Origin: Phoronis australis
Lineage: Eukaryota > Animalia > Phoronida
Assembly (NCBI GenBank): GCA_002633005.1
Contig: NMRA01000264.1
Coordinates: 504,859-568,858 of the forward strand
Direction of reading: 5' to 3'
DNA length: 64,000 nucleotides
In this document: positions 12,401-24,991 of the stretch, piece after piece
Position numbering within the stretch: the first letter of the stretch is position 1
Layout of the letters: every line of letters starts with the position of its first letter
Notes under the pieces: generated by a model
What the model was told of the DNA's origin: nothing
Databases searched by the model: none
What the model saw: only the letters and a program-made list of their open reading frames with translations
Program-made: the position numbers and the translations under genes

Positions 12401-15400
12401 GCCGCGGTGCGCAATAGTTTTAGAGCAAGAACGGACTATTTTCAATGTTCTGTTTTACGTCTACACAAGACCAAACGTAGCAGGGGCGGATCCAGGATTT
12501 TAAAGGAGGGGGCGGTCGGATCAAGGACTTTTTAAAAGGGGGTCCAAGTCAACAATTTGAAATTATAGATTTGATATCACTGAAATCAAGGGGAAAAGGA
12601 GGGTCAGAACCCCTTGACCCCCTGTATCCGCCTATGCGTAGACCCGTACGTGTTGCAAGATGTCCTTCAGATTCCTCAGAATACAACTGATCGTGCAGGG
12701 TGTCATCGTGGTAAGCGCTACGGGTTTGACTTAAGACGGCATCTTCTAATTCTTCTAACTGAGATTCACCTCCATTGGTCTCCGATTAAGGTTGCCGGGC
12801 AGGGTCCTTCCAACCCATTTTGGCCGCAAAAAATATACACTAAACTGACACGGAAATAAATTTGAACATTTATGTTGCAGCTTATCGTGAGCATGTACTC
12901 TAACGTTTGTATCGGGTCAGATTCAATGATTTTAACAAATCTCCATAACAACATTCAGACTATCGCTAAGGTGCTTCTGCTAAGTCTTTATTCTCGATAC
13001 GCGGCATATATTTCGTACTTGGAGTTCCCCGAAAATGAACATAAAGTATTTTTCTAGACTTATGTGAAATATTGTGAAAATGGCCAATTTTGTGAGTAAA
13101 GGTTTGAAAAATCCTTAAAGGTGCTTTATTGCCACAATCTCAGTGATTTATGATTGTTACCTAACAGAAGAAATAAATTATACTTCACAAATCTGTCTAC
13201 TTGTGTTGCTCATTCCTTGGCCGGTCAACACAGTGCCATATTGACAAACAACTCTATCACGCCGTCGTTTAAGCGTTTTCCAGAGAAAGCCTCCTGAGCA
13301 TGTTCAATCTTTCCATTCACTCGATAAATAGCTCGTAAAGGCGCAGTTTCCAAAAATAACCGACGAAACACATTCACGCTTGATTATAACACTGTTTCTC
13401 TTTACATCAACTTCCAGTTATACAAACCTTTAAACATACAGCTTTTGGCTGTGGGAGTGAACACGTGGTGCGACGGGAACCAAATAGAGCAAAACTCGAA
13501 TGATATGGAAGCGACTTTAGCGTCTCTCGCTAAGTGGACATACGACAACGTGCCTAAAGGTTTCAGTGACGTCACGGCTTTAATTAAGTACGCGCTCACT
13601 GCATAAAACCAAAAATCTCAAATAGTTTAATCGCAACTACTTCCGGTTACTCAAGCTCCCAAAATTCGCCCCAACCTTTCCATGACATGATGAAGGAGAC
13701 CGAAAGCCGCTGCCTCAACAGGGCTCGTCAACCCACACGTTGATCGGGATGCTTCCTGTCAATGGCAATTACTGTTTCAACCCCTCTTGATATTAAAACA
13801 AATAGCTATTGACCTGTGGCATGAACTCCCGTAGAAAGTACCACCAGGTTATTTTCATTTTTCAAAGCTCAGAAATACTTTGGGAAATTTGTCCTGAAAT
13901 GATAAGGATCGCCGCCTCCACTCTCGTCTTAAGCGGCGGATCTGATTTCTTACTCAGAGGCTGAGCGTGCGTTCAGTAGACGCTAGGACCTACCAAGCTA
14001 AAACCTAGTCAAAGTCACGTGCTCTCATTTAAAATACACAGAAATATCTCACGTAATCTAGCGAAGTCTTGCTTTTTAGCGATGTCCTAGCGTTACTGAA
14101 CGGAAGGCCGGTTTCTTAGTTTTCTTTCAACGACGTTTTATCAGATAAACGCAGAAAAATCAGGAGCCCCAACTGGGAATCTACCCACAAGTCTCTAGAT
14201 TGCATGGCTAGTGCTCTTACCACTGAGCTACTGACTGAGAACCCAATATCTGTAATTACTGTTTAAAGCTAACTGTTATGTCATACATCCCATGAGCGGC
14301 GTTTCGCCTTTTTCACACGAGATTTGGACAATTATATACAATCAGCAATTTACCAGTATGTGTTAATTATATATAGTAAATATATAGACGCCGAGGTTGG
14401 CCAGTAGACCGTTGGCCTGAAATGTAAATTCAGCTTGGTCTATGGTGGCAGACAGCTCAAAGGAAGGTGTAGCCTTGGCTGAAATTTTGTGCAGTCAAGC
14501 ATTTACTGTTGGTGTCGCGACAAACGATGCTTCTGGGCAATAGTGCAGGATTGGCGTTCTTTGTGACCACGGTTGACGAAAACGAAATTGCAACTTCGTT
14601 GTGTACGAGGCATTGTAGACAATCACTGTTCTTCTTTAGTTACGCTTACACTATTTTAGCCACGTGTACGTGAATCTTCATAGATCTGACCTAAGCACCC
14701 ATGATTATTGTACTTGCAATTAATAAAACTCAATCTAGCGTTCCCACTTTCAGTTACTAAACAACGTGCTTTATTTTATAGGGGTGATGGCACAAGTGTG
14801 TTTGACAGTCAATCGAGTTACAAAAGAGGTTGGGCATTTCGTCATACGCTTTGCACAATCAGCGCTGGAGCAATAATTTTGGTGAGAAAAATTTTCAACA
14901 CATCGTGCGTTTATTGCGAGACGTTTCTATGTTTTAGAAAACAGCAGTCACTTTCTGGAAAAAATTCATAATGACAATTTGTTGCCTGTGCGAAATGACA
15001 TTTCCAATTCTAGCAAAGAACAATAAAACCAGGCCCCGAGTCTAAACCTCTTACACGAAATGGAACAGGAAATAATTTTTGTCATTCTGTATTTTATTTT
15101 AGTGTGAACTCAAGATTAGTTTCTGTAATTCTATCAACGAGTACACAATGGCCTACGTGGATGCTCTTTAGTCATAGCTCGCACTTGATGACTACAGCAT
15201 TAAAACTAAAAGTTCGAGTCTGAACTCGAAATTTCGAGATTTTACTCGAAATCTCGAGTTTTTACTCGAGTTTGCAGTTTGAATATAGGAACCATCCAGT
15301 GTAAACATGTATTCGAAACTCAGACGCGCTGCAATGATATACTCAACCACAGACTAATAGCTCCTTACTTCGATTTAGCACAAACGTAGAACAGAAAATG

Positions 15401-18400
15401 GCATCAATAATTTCGTTTTTAAGTCAGTAGCGCTATCTTCTGTTTCTCTCACAGCACGATCACAAGTCTATCGAGGTAATGTCTGTCTCGCTGGCACACG
15501 AAATAGGTCATCTGTTGAACCTGGGGCATGACGATACCAGGAGGACGTGTCACTCATGTAGCGATTCGTCTGGTTGTATAATGTCAGAAATTTTGTATGT
15601 ATTTAATTTCTCTACAACCTGTTAGAAAGACAAAGAATATGTGATTAGCTCATTTGCACTTTCACTAGTTACATATACTACAAATAAAATCCTTAAAGGT
15701 ACTATAGATCCTAACTTTTCCGCGCTTAACAAATGTACAAGTTCGTACAACTTACAATCAGTGAATCCCACCTATCAACTCCCGGCCCACTCATATCGTC
15801 ACCTCCATTCGTTAATATCGAACAAGATGCTGACGTCAGCAACAGACTAAACTGAAAACAATCCCATACAAGTGTCACCCGCTGGCTTTAGATAAATCAA
15901 AAAGTAAAAAAGCTGGATTGAGGCCGTGACAATTTCGGTGGAGGGGGCAATTTTTCTTATTTTATTTTTTTATATTACAAACTATTTATCTCATAAAGGC
16001 AAAAAGTTGTCAAGTTTATACTTGCATATTTCCATGAACTTTGACTTGATGTCCATTAGAAATGATACTTCAAACGATATTTCCATAGGTTGAATTAAGT
16101 CATAAAAACTCAAACAACTTTTTATTTTTCACATTAAAATGCAAATTTAGGTCAAATTTCTGAATTTATGAGCGTCACCTGGTGGTTGTATGAAAATAAT
16201 TGCAGGCGGTCTGTACACTTTGTAATAGACATGCGCTGGCCGGTCAGGTGGGTCCGGCCATTGCAGTGATCAGACGTTGCAACAGATGTGCGCTGGCCGG
16301 TCAGGTGGGTCCGGCCATTGCAGTGATCAGACGTTAAACCGGGTGTGCGCAGGCTGCTCAGGTGGATCCACTGCTCTGATATCACATGAACCATTGTTAT
16401 GCATTATAAATGCACAGTGTTATAGGCGAACTGGGGAAATAAGAGACCTTGCTCAAGGGACTAGCAGTGTGTACCAGTGAGACTCGAATCCACGATCCTG
16501 AATAAAGGAAGCGGAAACTTTATCCAACTAGGTCACACTGTCTCCTCAAATCAAAGCTTAAAGCCAGTTTTTGCTCTATTTCGCTGGTTCAAATCGAAAG
16601 TCGAATAATGCTTTTCACTCTCATATTATTTTTCAGTCTGAAAAGGCTATATTTCCGTTGCCAACTCAAACCATACGTATGCGCATGTCCATCTCTCGAG
16701 AATTAGCAATTTTAGGATTGGTCAACCCCAATACATTCTGAAGCGTTTTTTTTGGTCGCTCATGGTTTCCATGATCTTATAGAATCCTATTACGGTAAGG
16801 AATATCATGAGAACGGTTCAATGAGAATGAACAGCATACTTTGATTTTCTATTTTAGTCAGCTAAACAAGACGAAATGTTCTGTAGCTTTAAGGATGTTT
16901 AACTTTAGGCCAATCCCTTTAAAGTACATTGCATTCCATTCATTCGACTAATTTTGTAAGGCTACACGCGATAGAACGACAGAAGAAAAAATCTACTTTT
17001 GGTTATTTAATGCGCATGACAAGAGTTTTTTTTTAATTAAAAGTACGTTAAAGAGGCCTGGAAAGCGAAAAACAGATTAACGTGCGTTTTTTAAAGTTGT
17101 TCTATGCCACTGAAACAGAATTCAACCGGCTCACCAGGTATTTTTACAGTTTGTTCATGCATATTTCGATTTTCTGTTTATATCAAAGCATTTTGCTTTT
17201 CCTTTCAAATTAAAAAAATAACCATCTGTCAACCGTGTATGTGGAAAATGTGACCTTTATCCTCCGATGTAAACAAAACAATGACGACTTCAAGCAGCAG
17301 CCAGTTCGATTAAGAGGCAATTGATGTAAGACCTAAGTGTTTGTAATTAGTGATGGAGAAATCGTAATACAGTATTCATTGTAAAATGCGCTTGGGATTG
17401 TTTTTGGAAAATTGCTTGCTTCACTGACTTGTCTCACATTGTGCTGTCAACCTCAGATTCGGAGTGCGATCACACATGAAAATCCATCTTGTCAGACAGC
17501 TGGTTTTTTGAATGACTGTGAGCGCATGGGCGCATTTATCATAAGTGGGAAGGAGATTGGACTTCTGTGGTGACTACAGCCTTTGTCCTTCGCACATATG
17601 TCAAAAATCGTTAATTTTGTGATTTTTTTGGAAATTACCTCACAGGGAAAGTAAATAACTATGTAGAAAACGTTGCGAGATGGTACTTCCTTCAGAAATT
17701 ATTTAAAAGATATTTTTAAATGTTTCGCTTTCCATGCCACTTTAAGGACAGTCATATATATCATTTATTATATTTCTTAAAAATACTGCCCTGGTCTTCT
17801 CCTAGCCTAACCTTCCGTCATTTCGTCCCATAACTTTTCAAAAAAACCGTTAATATACATTTCCGATTCGGAAACTATTTTTTATGAAAATAAGCAATTC
17901 TTTAACAATTGTCACCAGAGCCTCGTCTTAACTCAAACTCCAAATTTCTGGACTTTTTCTGTTTGAACTAGACACGTTATAAGTATTTACGGCTACAGGT
18001 AGAAACTTAGTGAAACACTATTTTGTCAAAATTTTGCAAACCAAATCCTGGCTTATGATGACTGGTAATTACAATGTAAAATTAAACTAAACATACTACG
18101 TGCGATTTTCACCATTTTGCGCAGTCCGTTCGCAATATATCCGGTAAAATCTGTATTTTCGACAACCACCCACAAACGCCGTCTACAGAACCTGTGAATG
18201 ACTGACAACACCTGAAACCGAACCTTCTGGTGACCGGGTATGGGATTATGAGGGAGGGCATTAAGTTTCGTAACAGCGATGAATGCAGACCATATCGAAC
18301 TTCTTTGAAAAAATTTGGTTGACAGACCTGTCACTCGATATCAGCACATGTCAGAATTGTTCAAGGTTAGGAATTCCACTCTAACTCATACCATTAACGA

Positions 18401-21400
18401 CAGGGTTGCCATCCACGCTAACCATTATAGTCCAGTCATTCTAGGGCTCCAGAGGGCCCAACCTAGAAAAAATTGCAACAGAAGGTTTTTTTGCATAAAT
18501 GGCATCTTCAAACATCCCTTAGTGTCAGAAAAAAAATCTACCGAAATCGGAGTGGCGGAAGTCGGTTTTTCAAGATGGCGGAAAAAATGGCCGACAAAAC
18601 CGGTGTTTACTGTTTTCTGGCATATTACTCTTATGTAACAGCTAAAAATAAAACAATAAAGTTTGTCATTGATTATATACTTTTCATAACAGGCATACCA
18701 ATCAAAAGATGCCAATTTTCCGTAAAATAAAACCAATATGGCCGACAAAATGGCGGCCGAAACGGCAATTTGGTACATGTTGCAAGATTTCTTTTTATAT
18801 TTTGCCCTGAAAATGGCAAAAGTTTTATTCTTTTGTAAGTTAGANGTGACCGGGTTTGGGATTATGAGGGAGGGCATTAAGTTGCGTAACAGCGATGAAT
18901 GTAGACCATACCGAACTTCTTTGAAAAAAATTTGGTTGACAGAGCTGTCACGCGACATCAGCACATGTCAGAATTGTTCAAGGTTTGGAATTCCACTCTA
19001 ACTCATACCATTAACGACAGGGTTGCCATCCACGCTAACCATTACGTAGACCTACTTGAACACTGAATAATAAAATATATAATTAAAACTCTGTGCTTAG
19101 CTAAACAGAAAACGTGAAGTTCGAATTTCCATAGAGAGATAAGACTCCAGGCTGTGATCACATTAAATGCTTTTTATAGTTCAGCGGTACCACTCCCGTC
19201 AGTGTGGAGCGGGTGTACTTCAGAAGATTTAAACGAATACACATTCGACTGTTTGATACAAACACCTGTCCTGCCACAGGATAGCCGGATTCCCACGCAG
19301 TGTGGCAACGGAGTTGTTGAAAGGAATGAAGAGTGCGACTGTGGCCAGGTAAATGTTCTAAAGGCTAAATGATAGTATTTACACGAAATACTTTATTTTT
19401 AGAAATTAAAATTTTAAAGGTCACGGTTCTAATTTTTAAAGCTTTTAAAAATACATTGTGCTTAAATCAATAAACTCGATAATGATTTATGACTTTTCCT
19501 CAAACTGGAATTATTTTTTCCTCCAATTCTAAATGCATTAAAGAGTTAAGAAGCCATTATATTGGTTGGGAGACAATTCCGTACACGAATGTTTTTGTTG
19601 TAGGAACAAAACTAAGTGACTACTCGAAAATACCTAACAGCGTTTTTGAGGTTACTAATGAAGTTTTCATTGAAAGAAGTTTCACGAAAACCGACCGAGG
19701 CTTTATTTTGTTATGAACGTACACTGTACCTTTCTTAAAATGAAATTTTGACTTAAAAGGAGTTAATGTAATCATAATATTAATGACATAAAAATGTAGG
19801 ATATATTTTTACAATTCCTGATATGTGTTCTGTCAAAACATATATTCTTATACTAGGTGACAAAGCCTTGATATACAAGTTAGAATAGAGGCCACTAAAT
19901 CAGGTCTGAGATAACCTAAATCTGAAAGTATATAAACTAATCAGAAGAGGGCATGTGCACTTAAGAAAATCTTACTGTTCACCGCATTCAAATTGAATTG
20001 TAGAGAGTATAATTATGCTGACCTGAGTCTTGTGGAGGAGAATGCTATAAGCCAGATTCGTTGTAACGCAATTCTACTCATTGACATCGAATAAAAATCC
20101 ACTTATCTTTTCTTATTTTTTCTATTCAAGTAGTACAGACCATGAAAATGTTGTTTTCATAGGACTGCGCTAATAATCCTTGTTGCAACACGAATTGTAA
20201 GCTGACCTCCGGTTCACAGTGTGGTTCGGGCGCTTGCTGCTATCGTTGCAAGTTCAAGCCAGCTGGTTCAACCTGTAGGGGAGCTAGGGACGAATGCGAC
20301 CTTCCAGAAGTTTGCAATGGCTTGTCACCTCACGTGAGTACATTCAGGCGAGCACATTCGGGTGAGCATATTCGGGCGAGCACATTCGGGCGAGCATATC
20401 CACCCGAGCTCATCCGCGGGAGCTCATCCGCGCGAGCTCATCCGCGCGAGCTCATCCGCGCGAGCTCATCCGCGCGAGCTCATCCGCGCGAGCTCATCCG
20501 CGCGAGCTCATCCGCGCGAGCTCATCCGCGCGAGCTCATCCGCGCGAGCTCATCCGCGCGAGCTCATCCGCGCGAGCTCATCCGCGCGAGCTCATCCGCG
20601 CGAGCTCATCCGCGCGAGCTCATCCGCGCGAGCTCATCCGCGCGAGCTCATCCGCGCGAGCTCATCCGCGCGAGCTCATCCGCGCGAGCTCATCCGCGCG
20701 AGCTCATCCGCGCGAGCTCATCCGCGCGAGCTCATCCGCGCGAGCTCATCCGCGCGAGCTCATCCGCGCGAGCTCATCCGCGCGAGCTCATCCGCGCGAG
20801 CTCATCCGCGCGAGCTCATCCGCGCGAGCTCATCCGCGCGAGCTCATCCGCGCGAGCTCATCCGCGCGAGCTCATCCGCGCGAGCTCATCCGCGCGAGCT
20901 CATCCGCGCGAGCTCATCCGCGCGAGCTCATCCGCGCGAGCTCATCCTCGCGATCACATTCGCGCGAGCACATTCATACTAGTACTTTGCTAGTAAAAGT
21001 GTCGAAAACGAATGTGCTTTATCTTTTATGACGTAAGAAGTATGTGATGTGTTTTTGTCACAGTTTCTTTTGAAATTACGCTGTGTTTTTAACCACAAAG
21101 TTTGAGCTAAAGTTTGCAAGTTTTAGGCATTTTTAATGACTTGTTTTTATTTTGTTTACTTCGTAATTTATTATGATCAGTATTATAGAGTGTATTTGTG
21201 GCCTCGTATGCACTGTTTGGTGATGCCTTGCCTATTGTGTAATGATGTCACGCCAACGTCTATTGACAATATCTCACCCATTATTCGGCAAAGTCGTGAT
21301 CCCGTACCAACTGTTTGATGATGCCACTGCTACTGTTCGATGTCACACACACCTTGAACTACAATGCAGTTAATTGTGGCTCATTGAACACACTGATTGG

Positions 21401-24062
21401 TGCGATCGTAACCACTTGTGACTGATGTCATATCCAGTGCCTGATGATGTATACACTGTTGACTGATGTCAACCACACATACTTTGTGTCGAACCCACTA
21501 TTTTACTACATCACACTAACTTTTGATGAAGTCACACATGATGTCACGCCCAATGTTTGATAACGTCACGCCCATTTCTTGAAGCTGTTTCTTTGGAGCT
21601 AGGAGAGGTTGGAGTGAAGTTGATGACGACCAAATATTAAAACTGATAAACCTATATTCGCAACTTACTTAAATGGACATTTTTTCTGTCGAGAAAAACA
21701 TTTTAAAAAGAATTAGCTGTAACACGGGATTGAAGCCTCTAGGTAGCTCCAGAGTAGCAGCCAAACCGTTTCGGCTGAGTCAAGTCAACTTGACATTTCA
21801 AGGATATTCAAATTGCAAAGATCTGACCTTGATTTCACGAATGTGTGGCAGGCCACGGCGAGCATCAGCGATTTGTACTAAAAACACAAAAGCAACACAG
21901 ATTTTGTTATTTCATAATTCTGATGAAAGTTAACAGCTTTAAGAATCCTCATCCAACAAATAATCAAAACGCGTTTTCTGCTGTTAAACGGATAATGGTT
22001 ATATCTAATTATAGGGATAGGCTCAATCAAGTGGTAAGGAACTCCGGGGAGCGAAAGATAAGACGATCGTCAGAGGAAGGGAGTCCCATCAGTAGATGGC
22101 TTATGGAAATAATTTTGTTGAATTCAGGGTCTTCTTCAGGATTTGATTTTGTCTAATTCAAGTAAGGCAATTGGCCTCACAACGTAGGCAACCATTTTAA
22201 GGAAATTCCGGAAGTATTGGTTTGAAACAGTTGAAAATTATGCCCAACCTTGATGAAAAAAGATTTCCTTTCATTTGGCAAACGTTTATTACCGTTTTTT
22301 TCTGTAATGATATACAGTGCCCAGAAAAAGACGCGGGAAAGCCAGATGGTTCCAAGTGTGATGCTGGGAAGGTGAGATATAGTTCTCGGTTGAGCTGCCT
22401 GCTACTAAATACATGTACACGTTGAAAATGAGTATCAACGACAACTGTTGTCTGGAAATTACCGCTATGGGAATAAATATTTTTACTCTATGTCTAATAA
22501 GTGCCGATAGTGACGTAGATTAATGAAACACGTTTAGCAGCAACAATTTCGCCAAAAAGACATCCAGATGCAGCTCGTTAATTCCAAGTCATTGCTACGA
22601 CCTTTATTGATTCTTTTCAGCATTATTGCTACCAGGCACGATGCGTCACACTGTCAAATCAATGCTCATATCTGTTCAACACACCAGGTATGACTCGGAA
22701 ATTCTTTGGTTTTATTGTGTTAACAAAGATCTGGTTTAAAATTGTCCAAAACATTGCTTAGGATGATTCAATGACTACTGAAATGACAATGTCAAAACGA
22801 ATACTACCAAACGGCGCTCCAGCCCTTTTTAAATCACCTCGCGTTTTTCATGGTTCCTTGTCACTTTTAGACGGCAAAACCTGTGTTATAGTTTTCTTGA
22901 ACTTAGATCCCATTTCATCACTCTTGATAGAGGCAGCCTTGCGTCGTGAAACTGCACGTTGTTATGCATTCAACGTACGAGGAGACAAACTGGGATACTG
23001 TTCCGTCGCAAATAACGGAAATTACCTGCCCTGCGCACGCCAGTAAGTACAAGTGTTTGATACAAATTGAGAGAGGTCTTCTATTGTCCAACTTGATACC
23101 CAGGAGGAAAAGCAGTCGTCTCAGGTAACTATTCGTAACTTTCATGTGCAAATCTGTGATCAGTTGAAGCCTATTGATCGTGGGTAAAAGGTCACAGTTA
23201 CTGCTATTTTAGGAGACTTTTCATTTTTTTATTTGAAACACCAAATGCGTTCCAACACACGAAGGATGAATTTGATTTCATTTTTAAATTTCAATCTCCT
23301 ATATCTGAAAATCCGATGAAACCGGACTCACCACTCAAAACCCTGGGAGCTTGATACTGACGATTCATTGTGTGAACTATATTTCATAAAATCATTGCCA
23401 CTATTTGGTGTCTTTTCAGGGACGTGAGATGTGGCGTGTTGTTTTGCAATTTGGTCCAACATGGCGGCGAAGTGCCTACTTCACGGCTACATCTTGCGAC
23501 GGCGTATTACCTGAAATGCATGTAAGAAATATCCACTTTGGGATGGTTTTATAAAATGGCTTATATATGAGCTCTAAGTACAGTTTATAACTTTCCGTCA
23601 TCTTTATTCAAAATCTACTTCTATTACATTGATTTTACAGTAAAAGAACACACGTGTTGTTGGTTCCGTGCACTGTAGACTATTTTGCATAGGAGTTGCC
23701 AAGGCGTATTTATTGGTTGCCATAGTGCTAGGAGGCTCTAATAATCACCAGAGAAGATTGCAAGCTTTTTAACGAATCACCAGCGAGATTACACTAGCGT
23801 GGTCAAATGAACGTAATCTTTTAAAGAGAATTAAACCGACACTTTAAATTTACCAAATCATACAGCCTGAGTTTCTGTTAGGTATGTTCTCGGGTCAGAA
23901 GACTTCGGGCGGCATATTGGATTTGTACAAGACGGTACAAAGTGCGGTGCTGGAAAATGGTGCAACTCGGGTAAATGCGTACTAACGAACTCAAGTGGAA
24001 CTGAAGGATTCTGTATTTTGAAAATATTGCTGATTCTTATCCTGGTTGCTGCAATACTCTGA
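3486..24062 (+). CDS. ADAM-family (reprolysin M12B, disintegrin, Cys-rich) metalloprotease, 17 coding exons; signal-peptide exon not found
   Basis: AG/GT-bounded exons in consistent phase: 3486-3657, 4938-5001, 5288-5373, 6062-6183, 6763-6833, 7873-7938, 8610-8678, 13418-13587, 14782-14881, 15455-15594, 19180-19348, 20163-20333, 22318-22371, 22621-22687, 22931-23042, 23420-23521, 23882-24062 (about 637 aa). Motifs: prodomain CYYSGTV..AMTTCDGLRG..YVIEP, Cys-switch LSCG, furin site RRRRR, HEIGHLLNLGHD, Met-turn CIM, CGNGVVERNEECDCG, disintegrin loop CRGARDECDLPEVC, Cys-rich CGVLFC..VQDGTKCG. Confidence 0.93.
5288..6183 (+). CDS. ADAM prodomain exons (5288-5373, 6062-6183)
   Basis: VKPSACYYSGTVRDFVDSSVAMTTCDGLR|GSFRADKNTYVIEPYPSESETNYHIMY..LSCG, typical M12B propeptide. 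Confidence 0.92.
8936..9003 (-). mobile_element. tRNA-derived SINE head
   Basis: Reverse strand has A-box-like TGGTGCAGTGG and B-box-like GTTCGAGTC; no intact cloverleaf. Confidence 0.5.
9341..11011 (-). mobile_element. Kolobok-like DNA transposon derivative with THAP remnant
   Basis: TTAA on both sides; TIR AGGAGCATGGCACCC / GGGTGGCATTCTCCT; ORF 10611-10844 MPLCC..YRFSF..RKWL..LLC resembles a degraded THAP domain. Confidence 0.75.
12481..12636. mobile_element. MITE with 5-bp TSD
   Basis: CAGGGGCGGATCCAG ... CTGTATCCGCCTATG flanked by cgtag on both sides. Confidence 0.8.
13418..13587 (+). CDS. ADAM metalloprotease-domain exon
   Basis: LYKPLNIQLLAVGVNTWCDGNQIEQNSNDMEATLASLAKWTYDNVPKGFSDVTALIK; ttccAG acceptor, GT donor; phases fit both neighbours. 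Confidence 0.88.
15455..15594 (+). CDS. ADAM catalytic (zinc-binding) exon
   Basis: HDHKSIEVMSVSLAHEIGHLLNLGHDDTRRTCHSCSDSSGCIMSEI; cacAG acceptor, GTATGT donor. Confidence 0.95.
16400..16542 (-). mobile_element. tRNA-derived SINE fragment
   Basis: Reverse strand TGACCTAGTTGG (A box), GGATTCGAGTC (B box), then ccttgagcaagg. Confidence 0.5.
17052..17741. mobile_element. Kolobok-like MITE
   Basis: TTAA flanks; TIR AGAGGCCTGGAAAGCGAAA / TTTCGCTTTCCATGCCACT. Confidence 0.75.
18230..19045. repeat. about 197-bp direct duplication across a single-N contig join
   Basis: 18230-18427 and 18846-19044 are near-identical; N at 18845. Confidence 0.85.
19180..20333 (+). CDS. ADAM protease C-terminus and disintegrin exons (19180-19348, 20163-20333)
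   Basis: WSGCTSEDL..CL..CGNGVVERNEECDCGQ|DCANNPCCNTNCKLTSGSQCGSGACCYRCKFKPAGSTCRGARDECDLPEVCNGLSPH. Confidence 0.95.
20336..20975. repeat. 14-bp minisatellite (CGCGAGCTCATCCG)n, about 45 units
   Basis: Perfect core, degenerate edge units; produces the spurious 14-aa-periodic ORFs. Confidence 0.97.
21230..21580. repeat. degenerate short tandem repeat (tgatgtcac-type units)
   Basis: Repeated tgatgtcac/tgatgcc motifs at roughly 20-bp spacing. Confidence 0.55.
23882..24062 (+). CDS. ADAM terminal exon with hydrophobic C-terminus
   Basis: YVLGSEDFGRHIGFVQDGTKCGAGKWCNSGKCVLTNSSGTEGFCILKILLILILVAAIL* (TGA 24060-24062). Confidence 0.9.
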
Positions 24063-24991
24063 TTATTTTATTATTCTGTGAAACTAAGAAGAGCGTAACA
24101 TCTACAAACATCTACATTCAGGTAGAAAAAGATCGAGGATGTGAAACAATGTTAATGGTGAGAGAATGGAAAGTTGGTTAACTTTGTCACACGCCTGACA
24201 ATATGCCAATTGTTCTATGGCTGTTGAGCTGTGTCAATCAAATGTCAAATGACAACAAGTAACTACAAGCCATACCAAGAACGATTAATACATCTCTGTT
24301 TTCATGTTAGGCTTATCATTACTAATTTTTGTATCGGTTGTAAGCATTCACACTTTCTTGTTCCTTGAATTGTTTAACAATTGATACGCGGCCCTAACAC
24401 GACATTTAAAGAGTATAAAAATATACAGGAAATACATGGGAGCTTTTACAAGAAGATTCTCGAAGTAGGAGGTTCTCTTTCGAACACAACATCCCTCATT
24501 AGTTCTCCCTTATTTCAGAACTGCTTTTCTCATCGTAAACAATTTCAAACCCAATCTGGGCCTTTCACCTCAGTAGACTTAGCAAAAATTTCCGCGTCTT
24601 GTTGAAACTTCATTACTTTTGCGAAGAGGAGTACACAGAGGATTTAGACGTATGGGTAAAAGGGTTCGTGAAGAGACAACGCTAGTTGATTAAACTTGAG
24701 ACTATTAACACTCAAACTCTCATGCCACTCATGCTTATAACACTACATAGCGCCTTCTCATTGCTCAGAATACATGATTGATCTTTGACGAAGTCGTCTT
24801 GCGTTCGTGTATCACGCCCCTTTAAATTAACAGCAACTCAAGATTTCCTGCCTGGACAGTTTGCAGTCTTGCCACCTAGCGTTTAGATAGGAAACCAGCC
24901 AGGGGGCTGACCAATATTCTAAAAGTTGACATCTTGAGTAGGGCTTTTCGGCCTGTGCGATAGGGCTATCTTCGTTCCAGAGGCAATAAAA

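Noticed and set aside
8936-16542. functional tRNA genes near 8.95, 14.2 and 16.5 kb
   Set aside because: Only degenerate A/B boxes without a cloverleaf; treated as SINE heads.
18425-19001. 179-aa and overlapping ORFs
   Set aside because: They cross an N join within transposon-like and duplicated sequence; no motifs.
20336-20975. CRISPR-like array
   Set aside because: Head-to-tail units without unique spacers, in a eukaryotic intron.
20322-20993. 223-aa and 206-aa repetitive ORFs
   Set aside because: Translation of a stop-free 14-bp intronic minisatellite; the ADAM exon ends at the GTGAGT donor at 20334.
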